Assembly (NCBI GenBank): GCA_910579745.1
Contig: CAJTVH010000029.1
Span: forward strand, 10,438 to 34,437
Reading direction: 5' to 3'
DNA from: an uncultured Clostridia bacterium
GTDB lineage: Bacteria > Bacillota > Clostridia > Lachnospirales > CAG-274
Length of the DNA: 24,000 bases
A program made the translations under genes and the position numbers. A model generated the notes under the pieces. It was not told the DNA's origin and did no database searches. It saw only the letters and a list, made by a program, of their open reading frames with translations. The first letter of the stretch is position 1, and each line of letters starts with the position of its first letter. Shown one piece after another: positions 16,789 through 24,000 of this stretch.

Positions 16789-17022
16789 TTAACAGCCTCC
16801 TTTTTTTAAATATGGCTCAGGTTTATAAAGTTCGGGAAAAACGGTTCCCGCTAAAAAAGCTTCGCAAGGTTCTAAAAGAGAGCAGTATTTTTGAAAAGGA
16901 ACAAAGGCTCTTGCCAAATCATTACAAATAATTTTTTGCTCACATGGAATACATTTCATTTTGCCTATATCATCACAACAAGTTTTATCATAGGCGTTTT
17001 TTTTATCGCACATATTTGACAC
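16789..17022 (-). CDS. cotJA: Spore coat-associated protein CotJA
   Basis: 77 aa, Cys-rich N-terminus, then the LARAFVPFQKY...EAFLAGTVFPELYKP block typical of clostridial CotJA. GGAGGTG lies 6 nt upstream of the ATG. First gene of the cotJABC operon. Confidence 0.8.
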   Translation of the reverse strand: MSNMCDKKNAYDKTCCDDIGKMKCIPCEQKIICNDLARAFVPFQKYCSLLEPCEAFLAGTVFPELYKPEPYLKKGGC

Positions 17023-17248
17023 CTCCGAAATATTTATTGAAATCTATTGGGAAATTTGATAAATTAATCAATATTTCCTTAAGGTTCTTTATAACAAAAG
17101 TTGTAAAGAACAATCTATTAAAAGGAACCCCCTTTTTGGTTCATAGTTTATATTATTCATACATAAAATATTTGTGATTAAATGTATAGTGGAAAAGAAG
17201 ATAAAAATTTTAATTAATTGGCTGAAATGTAATTTTATTTATGCTTAA

Positions 17249-17267
17249 TTAGGAAGTATCTGAAAAA
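17249..17267 (+). repeat. Copy 2 of the dispersed 19-nt motif (TTAGGAAGTATCTGAAAAA)
   Basis: Identical to copy 1 at 17 of 19 positions. It lies in the divergent cotJA / 17336-ORF intergenic region, 69 nt upstream of the plus-strand ATG. Confidence 0.6.
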
Positions 17268-17335
17268 ATAAAAACGAATATATTTTTTATTATTATATAA
17301 AATATATCATATATGATATTCAAGCTTGGAGGTAT

Positions 17336-17917
17336 ATGATGATTAAAATAGGAATAATAGGCGATTTTTTAAAAACAGCCGGAATAATATCAAGTATTTT
17401 GGAAAAAAGTTCATTTTCTGTAAAAATAATAAATTATAAACATTTTTTTTCTATAATGCAAAGTAATATAGACTTTCTTATTATTGGAATTTGTTCTCCT
17501 TATACCTCTTCAGATTATATAAATAAACTTCAGCTTGATATACTAATAATAAATGATTCCTCACAAATTACAAATTTAACGAATCCTCCATTTTTAAGCA
17601 ACAAATTAAGCATAGTTTTATTAAATTCTGATAAATCAGAAGAAATAGAACTAAAAACAAAAACGCCGTTTTATGTAATAACTTTTGGATTTAACTCAAA
17701 CGCCACAATAACAATATCAAGCAGAGTATCAGGCGTTAATGATACTTTGCAAATATGTATACAGCGTAATTTGACAACATTACAAAACGTTAAAATTTTA
17801 GAACAAGATTTTTCAATAACTGTCAATAGTAAAAACATAGATGTAATTCTCTCAGCGATAAGCGCGGCAATACTTTCTGGTATAAGTATAGATACACTAA
17901 AAAATATGATAATTTAA
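17336..17917 (+). CDS. Hypothetical protein resembling a stand-alone, degenerate Mur-ligase central (ATPase) domain
   Basis: 193-aa ORF after GGAGGT; the second ATG at 17339 has the better spacing. By-eye similarity to the Mur ligase middle domain: IGIIGDFLKTAG vs GVTGTNGKTTT; DFLIIGICS vs d.avmEvSS; LDILIINDSS vs fdiavfTNl; VITFGFNSNATI vs vitfG...ad; NIDVILSAISAAILSGISIDTL vs NvyNalAAia.a..lGi. The P-loop is degenerate and the Mur C-terminal domain is absent. Confidence 0.6.
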   Translation: MMIKIGIIGDFLKTAGIISSILEKSSFSVKIINYKHFFSIMQSNIDFLIIGICSPYTSSDYINKLQLDILIINDSSQITNLTNPPFLSNKLSIVLLNSDKSEEIELKTKTPFYVITFGFNSNATITISSRVSGVNDTLQICIQRNLTTLQNVKILEQDFSITVNSKNIDVILSAISAAILSGISIDTLKNMII

Positions 17918-19301
17918 AAAAATATAGCTTAAAAAATAATGTAAATTAGCTATTTTGGACTTAAAGCTTTATTAGAATTATATATTCTATCAATAATATA
18001 CGGTTTTTTTATTAAAAAAGGTTTATCAGTAAATAAGATTAATAATCTTTTTTTACTTATTATAAATTTTTATATATATAGATTCAAATTATTAAATCTT
18101 AGGTGGAGCGTTTGAAATTTTTTTGTTGTTATGATGATTTGCTCGGTATACATTTACTAATGTGACCATTGTGTGTCTTAGGCGGTATATAACAAAATTC
18201 GATACAATAAAACAGTTTATAAAATACTAAATAAAATTGCTAAGTTCAGTATATTCGAAAAAAAATTTATAAAGCTTGGAACTATGGAACATAAAGAAAT
18301 TTATATAGAAATCAGTTTTTAAAAATATAAAAAGAAAAAAATACAATACTTTCAATGATATATTAAAATTTTTGATAAAAGTATAAATTAAAATTTTACA
18401 CAATGTTTAAAAATAGCATGAAATTTAAAAATATTAAATTCATATGTATCTGAAACAAGAGCTGGAAAACTTAATATTGGAAAACCTTATTCACTTTATA
18501 TGTATATGACAGATGTTTCTACAACCTTAAAAAGCCCTAAAGTAATAATATAAAAAATGATAAAATTATAGAAAAATTCAATTTAACTAATAATGTCAAT
18601 AAATGTATAATTTTTTAGATAAACCAGATACATATTATATTTATAGCGAAAAATAAAGTAGAAATATATATATTTATGAACGGGATCTTTCTTCGTTTAT
18701 TAAGTTAGATATTGAAGATTTTGTAATATAGGTTTAAGAGAATAAATCCGAAAATTTTTATGCAAACATATGTTTAAACTCAAAAAACAGAGGAGCTACA
18801 GATACTTTTATAGCTTGCTATGATATAATCTGACAGTACTTTACGGCGCTATAAACTCAATTTTCTAAAAACAAAAAAACAGCTTTGTATAAGTTATCAA
18901 TTGATAAGCATTTATAAATTTGTGCCATACAAAGATATGGAAATAAATTTGCTCAGACTTGAAGAAAATATATTTTCCCGTTTTTACCATAAATGTCTAA
19001 ACATTTAAAGTACTAAAAATCCTAAAAAAGCAAAAATAGTAAAAATAACTCATTCTATCTTAATAAGTAGTATTTATAGTTATCCATAAACAAATTTCTC
19101 TTTATTATTCCTCCAAAAAATTACGTTCAATTCTAAATTGTCGTGAAGTTTCCCAAACCCTCAAAAAAACGCAAAGTGTTCTTTTTTTAAACCACTTTAC
19201 GTCTGCTATTAATAAAAAAGTATATTGTAAAATTAGGTAAAAATCAACTTATTTTAACATTTAAAATTTATATTATTTAGTAATTTAAGAATATTTAACT
19301 T

Positions 19302-19346
19302 AAAAACTATATAATCACTATCATTTATACGATAGTGATTATATAG
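19302..19346 (-). terminator. Intrinsic terminator (minus sense) with a perfect 16-bp stem
   Basis: CTATATAATCACTATC (19307..19322), an 8-nt loop, then GATAGTGATTATATAG (19331..19346). In the minus sense it is followed by T5 (plus-strand A5 at 19302..19306). There is no T-run in the plus sense. Confidence 0.6.
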
Positions 19347-19520
19347 TGATAATTCAATTATATATAAATACTCAAGACTTTTGAATATCTTTTGTCATTT
19401 CACACTCCGCAGCAAAAAACTTTACTACTCTCCATTTCTTTTTCACTTAAACCGTATGTTCCTTTTTCTGTCAATTATCTCCATTTTCTTTTTGGTTGTT
19501 ATTGACATTTACATAGTTTA
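19302..19520 (-). ncRNA. Candidate small RNA or leader transcript ending at the 19302..19346 terminator
   Basis: A purine-rich minus-strand stretch that is more G+C-rich than its flanks. It has four GGA/GGAG motifs (plus-strand tcc at about 19405, 19431, 19460 and 19480). It also has a duplicated AAAAAGAAA(A)TGGAGA unit (19429..19443 and 19478..19493). Only mini-ORFs of 8-13 codons are present. I could not identify a convincing promoter. Confidence 0.3.
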
Positions 19521-19576
19521 ATATTCTGACTCTTTAAAATTTAGATTTACCGTTTTAATATCTTTAGACAAATCAA

Positions 19577-19743
19577 CTAAAGCGTATCTGAAAACAAAAA
19601 TACGCACAAAAAATTATAAAAAATAAAACGAAACAGAAAGGCTTTTCTGTTTAATTGAACCGTTTTCGTTTATTTTTTTATAATTTTTTGGATATTTCGC
19701 GTATATAACTGATAGTTTATGACAGTTTTCAGATACGCCCTAG
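19577..19743. repeat. 167-bp MITE-like element bounded by 19-nt inverted repeats (motif copies 4 and 5)
   Basis: The left end is CTAAAGCGTATCTGAAAAC (19577..19595). The reverse complement of the right end (19725..19743) is CTAGGGCGTATCTGAAAAC, matching at 17 of 19 positions. The interior is itself an imperfect long palindrome (AAAAAATTATAAAAAATAAAACGAAA vs TTTTCGTTTATTTTTTTATAATTTTTT) around a central hairpin. The right end overlaps the TAG stop (19740..19742) of the C_GCAxxG_C_C gene. Confidence 0.55.
19610..19652 (-). terminator. Intrinsic terminator for the C_GCAxxG_C_C/GH43/rarA gene string, carried inside the IR element
   Basis: In the minus sense: AAACAGAAA-agcc-TTTCTGTTT followed by CGTTTTATTTTTTATAATTTTTT. 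It lies about 90 nt downstream of the stop at 19740. Confidence 0.6.
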
Positions 19744-20159
19744 TTTTTTGATGTTGTTTTGAAAATAATCTCATCAACAATGTTAATCGTATCTTCTATA
19801 CACCCCTCACAAGTGCGTAAAACTTTTTTAGTATCAACACCTTTTAACTCTTTACAAATAACAGATGAATTCTTAGTTTGAAATTCTTTAACAATCTCTT
19901 TTATAATTTTATATGTATCCGCTTTTGTCGTTGTATTTTTCGTACCCACACTGTTTTTAAGTCCCGCGAGAATAACAGCTCCTGAAACAGCTCCGCACAT
20001 TCCCTGCATATTTCCAAGACCAGACCCAAACCCCTCGGATATTTTAAACATAATTTCCTCATCAATCCCAAAATCATCACTATACGCACACGCGACAGCC
20101 TGACAGCAGTTATAGCCCTTTTTACGATTTTCAATAGCTTTTTCAAATTTACTCTTCAT
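19740..20159 (-). CDS. C_GCAxxG_C_C family protein
   Basis: 139 aa with the family pattern: NCCQAV..., GMCGAVSGA (the GCAxxG motif), and later CKEL... and CEGC cysteines. Confidence 0.88.
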   Translation of the reverse strand: MKSKFEKAIENRKKGYNCCQAVACAYSDDFGIDEEIMFKISEGFGSGLGNMQGMCGAVSGAVILAGLKNSVGTKNTTTKADTYKIIKEIVKEFQTKNSSVICKELKGVDTKKVLRTCEGCIEDTINIVDEIIFKTTSKN

Positions 20160-20239
20160 TAATAATAACCCTCCAAATAAAATATAATATAAAAATAGTT
20201 TACTAAATATACATACAAGTTAATAAAAAACACAATAAT

Positions 20240-21646
20240 TTAAAATAGTTTAAAAGATATAATCTCAATAAAATTTTCGCCGACATATTTAAAAAATAAA
20301 GCGCCTATGCCATTCATAATACTAAATTCAGAGTAAACCTCAGTCCACTCATCACAATTAATATCAATAGCGCATTCCCCTACAAAATCACCTTTTTCCG
20401 AATTAGAAATAAATATTTTTCCTTTTGCTCTTCCCCTTAATTTAAAAGAAATTCCCTTAAAGTCTTTAAAATTAAAATATTTAAAACCGGCGATACAATT
20501 ATTGTGAAAATTAGTAACATATTGCTCCTCTCCTGACTCCCTGTCTTCGCCGCTTTGAGTAAGAAAAGTTTTATTTTTCTCCTTCTCTTTAGAGTTTTTA
20601 TAATTGTTAATATCCATAAGATTACATACTATATAAAAAGGATACTCTCCTTTTCCTAAAAGAGGTCTGCCATTTAATCCACAGCTTGTAGCCTCCGCTT
20701 GTTTTATATATCCGTTTTCCTCAATGAAAATAGGCTCCGCTACTCCTTGTCTGCAAAAAGAAGTTCCGTTTGTAAATCTATGATCAAAAATATAGTACTG
20801 CTCATTTATGCATATAATACCTCCATGTGTGTTTCCAACAGGATAAGCTGGATTTTCCTCAGTATGTCCGTTAATCCCTATATCTGAGGAAGAGTGTATT
20901 CTTCCTCTATATATAAAATCTCTATCTGGATATTTACTTGTACAATAATGTAATCCCGTTATTCTGGCGGAATATACAAAATAATATAAATCGCCAATTT
21001 TCCTCATAGAAGACGCCTCAAAAAATTTCGCGTTGTCAGGACAATCGTTTCTTGATAAAATAATTTTAGGCTCTGTTCTTACCGTAAGCATATCGTCTTC
21101 AAGCGTACATACATGTGCCCCAACAAAAAAACGGCCTTTAGCGTCAATTTCTTTTTTTCCGCAAAATCCAGAGTAAAGATAAATTTCACCGTCATCATCA
21201 ATAAATACACTGGGGTCAAATTGAAAATAACTACCTTTTTCAAGTCCGACAACTCTACCTTTTTTATCATGAATATCCCCGTAATACCTATATTTTCCCG
21301 CCGGCTTATCACATACCGCCACGGAAATAACCGATGAGTTAGCCACAGAATAAAATAAGTAAAACAAACCTTCTTTTCCTTGTATAACATCAGGCGCGTA
21401 TAAGATAATCTTATCTCTTATAACCCCTTGATGCTGTTCTTTTTTATAAATAACACCTTCATATTTCCAGTCTGAAACATCGCAAAGAGGAGCTGACCAG
21501 CAAACATAGTCATTCTCACAATATTCCTTACCGTTAAACTTATCATGACTTCCAAAAATATAAAGTCTGTCGTTAAAAATACGAGGTTCCCCGTCAGGAA
21601 CATATTCATAACTTGGAAGATATGGGTTGAATACCTGCTTTTTCAT
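20240..21646 (-). CDS. Glycoside hydrolase family 43 protein with a C-terminal beta-sandwich (CBM-like) region; no signal peptide
   Basis: 468 aa. The N-terminus NPYLPSYEYVPDGEPRIFNDRLYIFGSHD and the later APDV..., FDPSVFIDDDGEIYLY and FEASSMRKIGDLYYFVYS blocks are typical five-bladed propeller GH43 motifs carrying the catalytic Asp/Asp/Glu contexts. Confidence 0.88.
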   Translation of the reverse strand: MKKQVFNPYLPSYEYVPDGEPRIFNDRLYIFGSHDKFNGKEYCENDYVCWSAPLCDVSDWKYEGVIYKKEQHQGVIRDKIILYAPDVIQGKEGLFYLFYSVANSSVISVAVCDKPAGKYRYYGDIHDKKGRVVGLEKGSYFQFDPSVFIDDDGEIYLYSGFCGKKEIDAKGRFFVGAHVCTLEDDMLTVRTEPKIILSRNDCPDNAKFFEASSMRKIGDLYYFVYSARITGLHYCTSKYPDRDFIYRGRIHSSSDIGINGHTEENPAYPVGNTHGGIICINEQYYIFDHRFTNGTSFCRQGVAEPIFIEENGYIKQAEATSCGLNGRPLLGKGEYPFYIVCNLMDINNYKNSKEKEKNKTFLTQSGEDRESGEEQYVTNFHNNCIAGFKYFNFKDFKGISFKLRGRAKGKIFISNSEKGDFVGECAIDINCDEWTEVYSEFSIMNGIGALFFKYVGENFIEIISFKLF

Positions 21647-21674
21647 AATAAAATACCTCTAAACATAAATAGCT

Positions 21675-22991
21675 CTATAACTTAATAAAATTAATCCATT
21701 GTTTAATTTTTCTCTCATATCCGTTATCTGACAGAACGTAATATTTTTTATCAGCTACCTCATCAGGCAAATATTGTTGTTTAACGTAATGATTTTCATA
21801 ATCATGAGCGTATTTATACCCTGCTCCGTGTCCAAGTTTAGCGGCTCCTTTATAATGAGCGTCTTTTAAATGATTTGGAATACCTGAAGTCTGAATATTT
21901 TTAACATCGTTCATAGCCTTATCAATAGCAATAATAGCTGAATTACTTTTTGGAGCTGTCGCGACATAAGCAGCCGCCTGTGCTAAAATTATTCTGCTTT
22001 CTGGCATACCTATCATATTTACAGCCTCAAAAGCGGAAACAGCAACTTGTAAAGCTCTTGGATCAGCGTTCCCCACATCTTCTGAGGCGCATATAACAAT
22101 CCTTCGGGCAATAAACTTAATGTCTTCTCCAGCGTAAAGCATTTTCGCGAGATAATAAATAGCCGCGTCAGGGTCGCTACCTCTCATACTTTTAATAAAA
22201 GCGGAGATTGTGTCATAGTGATTATCTCCATTTTTCTCATAATTAAGAGTTCTTTTTTGAATACACTGTTGAGCGGTTGAAATATCAATAAATAATACGC
22301 CATCATCATTTCTTTCCGTCGTTAAAACAGCTAACTCAACAGCGTTTAAAGCTGTTCTCGCATCGCCGTTCGCCATGTCCGCTATAAAGTCGGATGCCTC
22401 CTCTGTCATACTCACTTTTAAAGCTCCAAAACCGTTTTCTTTATCTTCAATACAATTTTTAATTATAGTTTTTATATTATAAAAAGTAAGATGTTTAAGC
22501 TCAAAAATTACACTTCTCGACAATAAAGCCTTATTTACCTCAAAATAAGGATTTTCCGTCGTCGCGCCAATAAAAGTTAATGTTCCATCTTCGACATGTG
22601 GTAAAAGAGCGTCTTGTTGAGATTTGTTAAACCTGTGAATTTCATCAATAAAAAGAATAGATTTCTTACCTGACATTCCGAAAATATTTTTAGCGTTTTC
22701 AACAGTTTCCTTAATGTCTTTTATTCCAGCCGTTGTTGCGTTAAGCTGTACAAACTCACTTTTTGTGGAATTGGCTATTATTTTAGCGAGTGTTGTCTTA
22801 CCTGTTCCAGGAGGACCATAAAAAATAATTGAAGTAAGTTTATCAGCTTTAATCGCCCTATACAAAAGAGTATCCTTTCCTACAATATGTTCCTGCCCCA
22901 CAAATTGTTCTAAAACTTTAGGACGAATTCTTGAGGCGAGAGGCGATTCTTTTTTCATATTTTTTTGCCTTTGATACTCAAAAAGATCCAT
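21675..22991 (-). CDS. rarA: Replication-associated recombination protein A (RarA/MgsA AAA+ ATPase)
   Basis: 438 aa. LASRIRPKVLEQFVGQEHIVG, Walker A GPPGTGKTTLA, Walker B LFIDEIHRFNK, and the conserved C-terminal MgsA block HYDTISAFIKSMRGSDPDAAIYYLAKML. Confidence 0.93.
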   Translation of the reverse strand: MDLFEYQRQKNMKKESPLASRIRPKVLEQFVGQEHIVGKDTLLYRAIKADKLTSIIFYGPPGTGKTTLAKIIANSTKSEFVQLNATTAGIKDIKETVENAKNIFGMSGKKSILFIDEIHRFNKSQQDALLPHVEDGTLTFIGATTENPYFEVNKALLSRSVIFELKHLTFYNIKTIIKNCIEDKENGFGALKVSMTEEASDFIADMANGDARTALNAVELAVLTTERNDDGVLFIDISTAQQCIQKRTLNYEKNGDNHYDTISAFIKSMRGSDPDAAIYYLAKMLYAGEDIKFIARRIVICASEDVGNADPRALQVAVSAFEAVNMIGMPESRIILAQAAAYVATAPKSNSAIIAIDKAMNDVKNIQTSGIPNHLKDAHYKGAAKLGHGAGYKYAHDYENHYVKQQYLPDEVADKKYYVLSDNGYERKIKQWINFIKL

Positions 22992-23520
22992 TTATAAATC
23001 TCCCTTTAAACAGTCAAATCCCTTGGAGTGTATTTAAAAACCAAATATATAAGAAAAATTATAAAAAAGTAAAATAAACTTACAACGTGGTTATTCTACT
23101 TTTTTATATTTTTTTTAATATTTTAATGTTTAAAAAGTAAAAACAAACTTTTATACACTTTTAATAATAATTAGCGAGAATTTTTAGATACACTCTATTT
23201 AAAACTCTAATTTTTTAATAACCTTTTTACTGTATTATATCATTATTACCGAATTACCGCCAAATAACTCTACTATATAAATTTACTTAAACTTATCAAA
23301 CATGTTTATTTAAAAATTTCAGGTAAAAAAATACAATTTTTTCTATCATACCTATAAATATTAAAAATTTTTTTCTTTTGTAAATTCTATGTATTCTTAT
23401 ATTACCTATTTTTATAATCAATATTAAACCTACAATTTATTATATACTACCATAGTTTATTTTTCAATACCAAAATTTTTATACTACTAAATCTACATTC
23501 TATTTCAAAAAAATATTCAT

Positions 23521-24000
23521 TCACCTTATGCCTATAATCAACATTGTATGAATATCATTTAATCTTATTACCTTTTCAAGTTTATAATTTATTCTAAAAA
23601 ACAATTTTTCCAGTTCATCTATTGTTCGCTGTTTACCGCCTCTACACTCAACAGACAATCTTAATCCACGCATTACCGCCTCTCTTGGCTCAAACTCATT
23701 TATCAATATATCTTCGATTACTAAAAATTTAGCGTTACTACCACAATATTTAATACAATTATTTAAAATATTAAAACATTTAACATCATCAAAATCATGA
23801 AGCAAGTTCATCATTATAATATAATCATAATTATCGCTTAATAACTCTAATTTGAATATATCACCCTCTATAAAAGTAATATTTAAATTATATAAGTCTT
23901 TAAACTCGTTTCCTATTTTACATGGTATCTTAGTATCTAAAACAGAATAAGAACAGTTTTCATATCTCGACAAAAAAGCGGCACCTAACCCTCCGCTATT
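23521..24000 (-). CDS. Class I SAM-dependent (family 2 O-methyltransferase-like) methyltransferase. 3' part only; the 5' end lies beyond the window end.
   Basis: The frame stays open upstream of the track's start to base 24000, where it reads NSGGLGAAFLSRYEN (SAM motif I, GGGxG). Downstream, YDYIIMMNLLHDFDDVKCFNILNNCIKYCGSNAKFLVIEDIL matches the O-methyltransferase post-I/II/III region. Confidence 0.8.
   Translation of the reverse strand, partial: NSGGLGAAFLSRYENCSYSVLDTKIPCKIGNEFKDLYNLNITFIEGDIFKLELLSDNYDYIIMMNLLHDFDDVKCFNILNNCIKYCGSNAKFLVIEDILINEFEPREAVMRGLRLSVECRGGKQRTIDELEKLFFRINYKLEKVIRLNDIHTMLIIGIR

Noticed and set aside
16944-17177. 77-aa plus-strand ORF overlapping the cotJA start
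   Set aside because: It is antisense to cotJA and its promoter region, has no RBS, and has a non-protein-like composition.
18446-18553. Stop-free, protein-like stretches in the long gaps (for example VSETRAGKLNIGKPYSLYMYMTDVSTTLKSPKVII), taken as evidence of gene remnants or of an alternative genetic code
   Set aside because: Runs of 35-45 codons are expected many times by chance across six frames of 1.8 kb at this composition. Reading through TGA or TAG does not extend them into long ORFs, and neighbouring genes use the standard code.
17304-18907. Perfect palindromes ATATCATATATGATAT (17304-17319, just upstream of the 17336 ORF RBS) and TTATCAATTGATAA (18894-18907)
   Set aside because: Loop-less A/T palindromes of 14-16 nt are expected a few times by chance in about 6 kb of this composition. 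They could be operators, but the sequence alone gives no support.
807-21609. Track ORFs 807-1067(+), 2887-3192(-), 2969-3229(+), 3334-3588(-), 5739-6011(+), 6277-6510(+), 8601-8801(-), 8907-9245(-), 10048-10305(+), 16156-16347(+), 19901-20146(-), 20699-20887(+), 21079-21390(-), 21113-21337(+), 21418-21609(-)
   Set aside because: Each lies wholly inside a much longer, confidently identified gene, either antisense or in an alternative frame. Their translations are low-complexity and Leu/Ile/Phe/Lys-rich, and they lack RBSs. These are typical shadow ORFs of A/T-rich DNA.
23063-23105. 15-bp A/T hairpin with one mismatch, upstream of rarA
   Set aside because: The stem is almost entirely A-U, the apparent T-run is part of the stem, and the chance expectation is about one per window. 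It is not a credible terminator or attenuator.
15027-23197. Possible degenerate copies of the 19-nt motif at 15027-15039 (TTTTCAAACACGC), 18176-18195 (CTTAGGCGGTATATAACAAA) and 23182-23197 (TTTTAGATACACTCTA); also the CodY-box (AATTTTCWGAAAATT) similarity of the TTTTCAGA core
   Set aside because: Each has 2-4 mismatches or indels in a short match, so none can be distinguished from chance. The conserved GGGCGTATC half of the motif has no counterpart in the CodY consensus, so I do not call these CodY sites.
1-24000. CRISPR arrays, tRNA/rRNA genes, transposase or integrase genes, known defence-system genes
   Set aside because: I scanned every ORF-free stretch for regularly spaced 25-40-nt direct repeats, tRNA T-arm-like GTTCRAnYC signatures and rRNA-like G+C-rich blocks, and saw none. 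All long ORFs have ordinary housekeeping, sporulation or quorum-sensing identities.

Overview
AT-rich (by eye roughly 25-30% G+C) chromosomal segment from an endospore-forming, Clostridia-type Firmicute.

Gene content, left to right:
- a type IIA topoisomerase subunit B/A pair (subunit A runs off the left edge)
- an acyltransferase-3 gene broken by at least three frameshifts
- a DEAD-box RNA helicase with a DbpA-type tail
- uppP and an NCS2 purine-type permease (plus strand)
- prfC, preceded by a 79-aa ORF
- an orphan agrD-agrB quorum-sensing pair
- an SDR oxidoreductase
- an alpha/beta-type SASP
- the cotJA-cotJB-cotJC spore-coat operon
- a 193-aa ORF that looks like a degenerate Mur-ligase central domain
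- a C_GCAxxG_C_C protein, a GH43 hydrolase and rarA
- a SAM-dependent O-methyltransferase that runs off the right edge

I saw no rRNA, tRNA, CRISPR array, transposase or recognisable defence genes.

The unusual part is the non-coding DNA. About 6 kb, roughly a quarter of the window, has no supportable ORF, including blocks of 1.8, 1.2 and 0.9 kb. Within these blocks I found:
1. A G/C-containing 19-nt motif (TTAGGGCGTATCTGAAAA-like) present in four good copies. Two of them form the inverted termini of a 167-bp MITE-like element that abuts a stop codon.
2. A G+C-rich, helix-forming island at about 4011-4185 with a terminator-like hairpin.
3. A purine-rich candidate sRNA at about 19302-19520 that ends in a perfect 16-bp hairpin plus a T-run.
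4. 21-bp-phased direct repeats upstream of the agrD promoter.

None of these can be assigned to a known RNA or element family from sequence alone. I did not find a clear multi-gene novel system.
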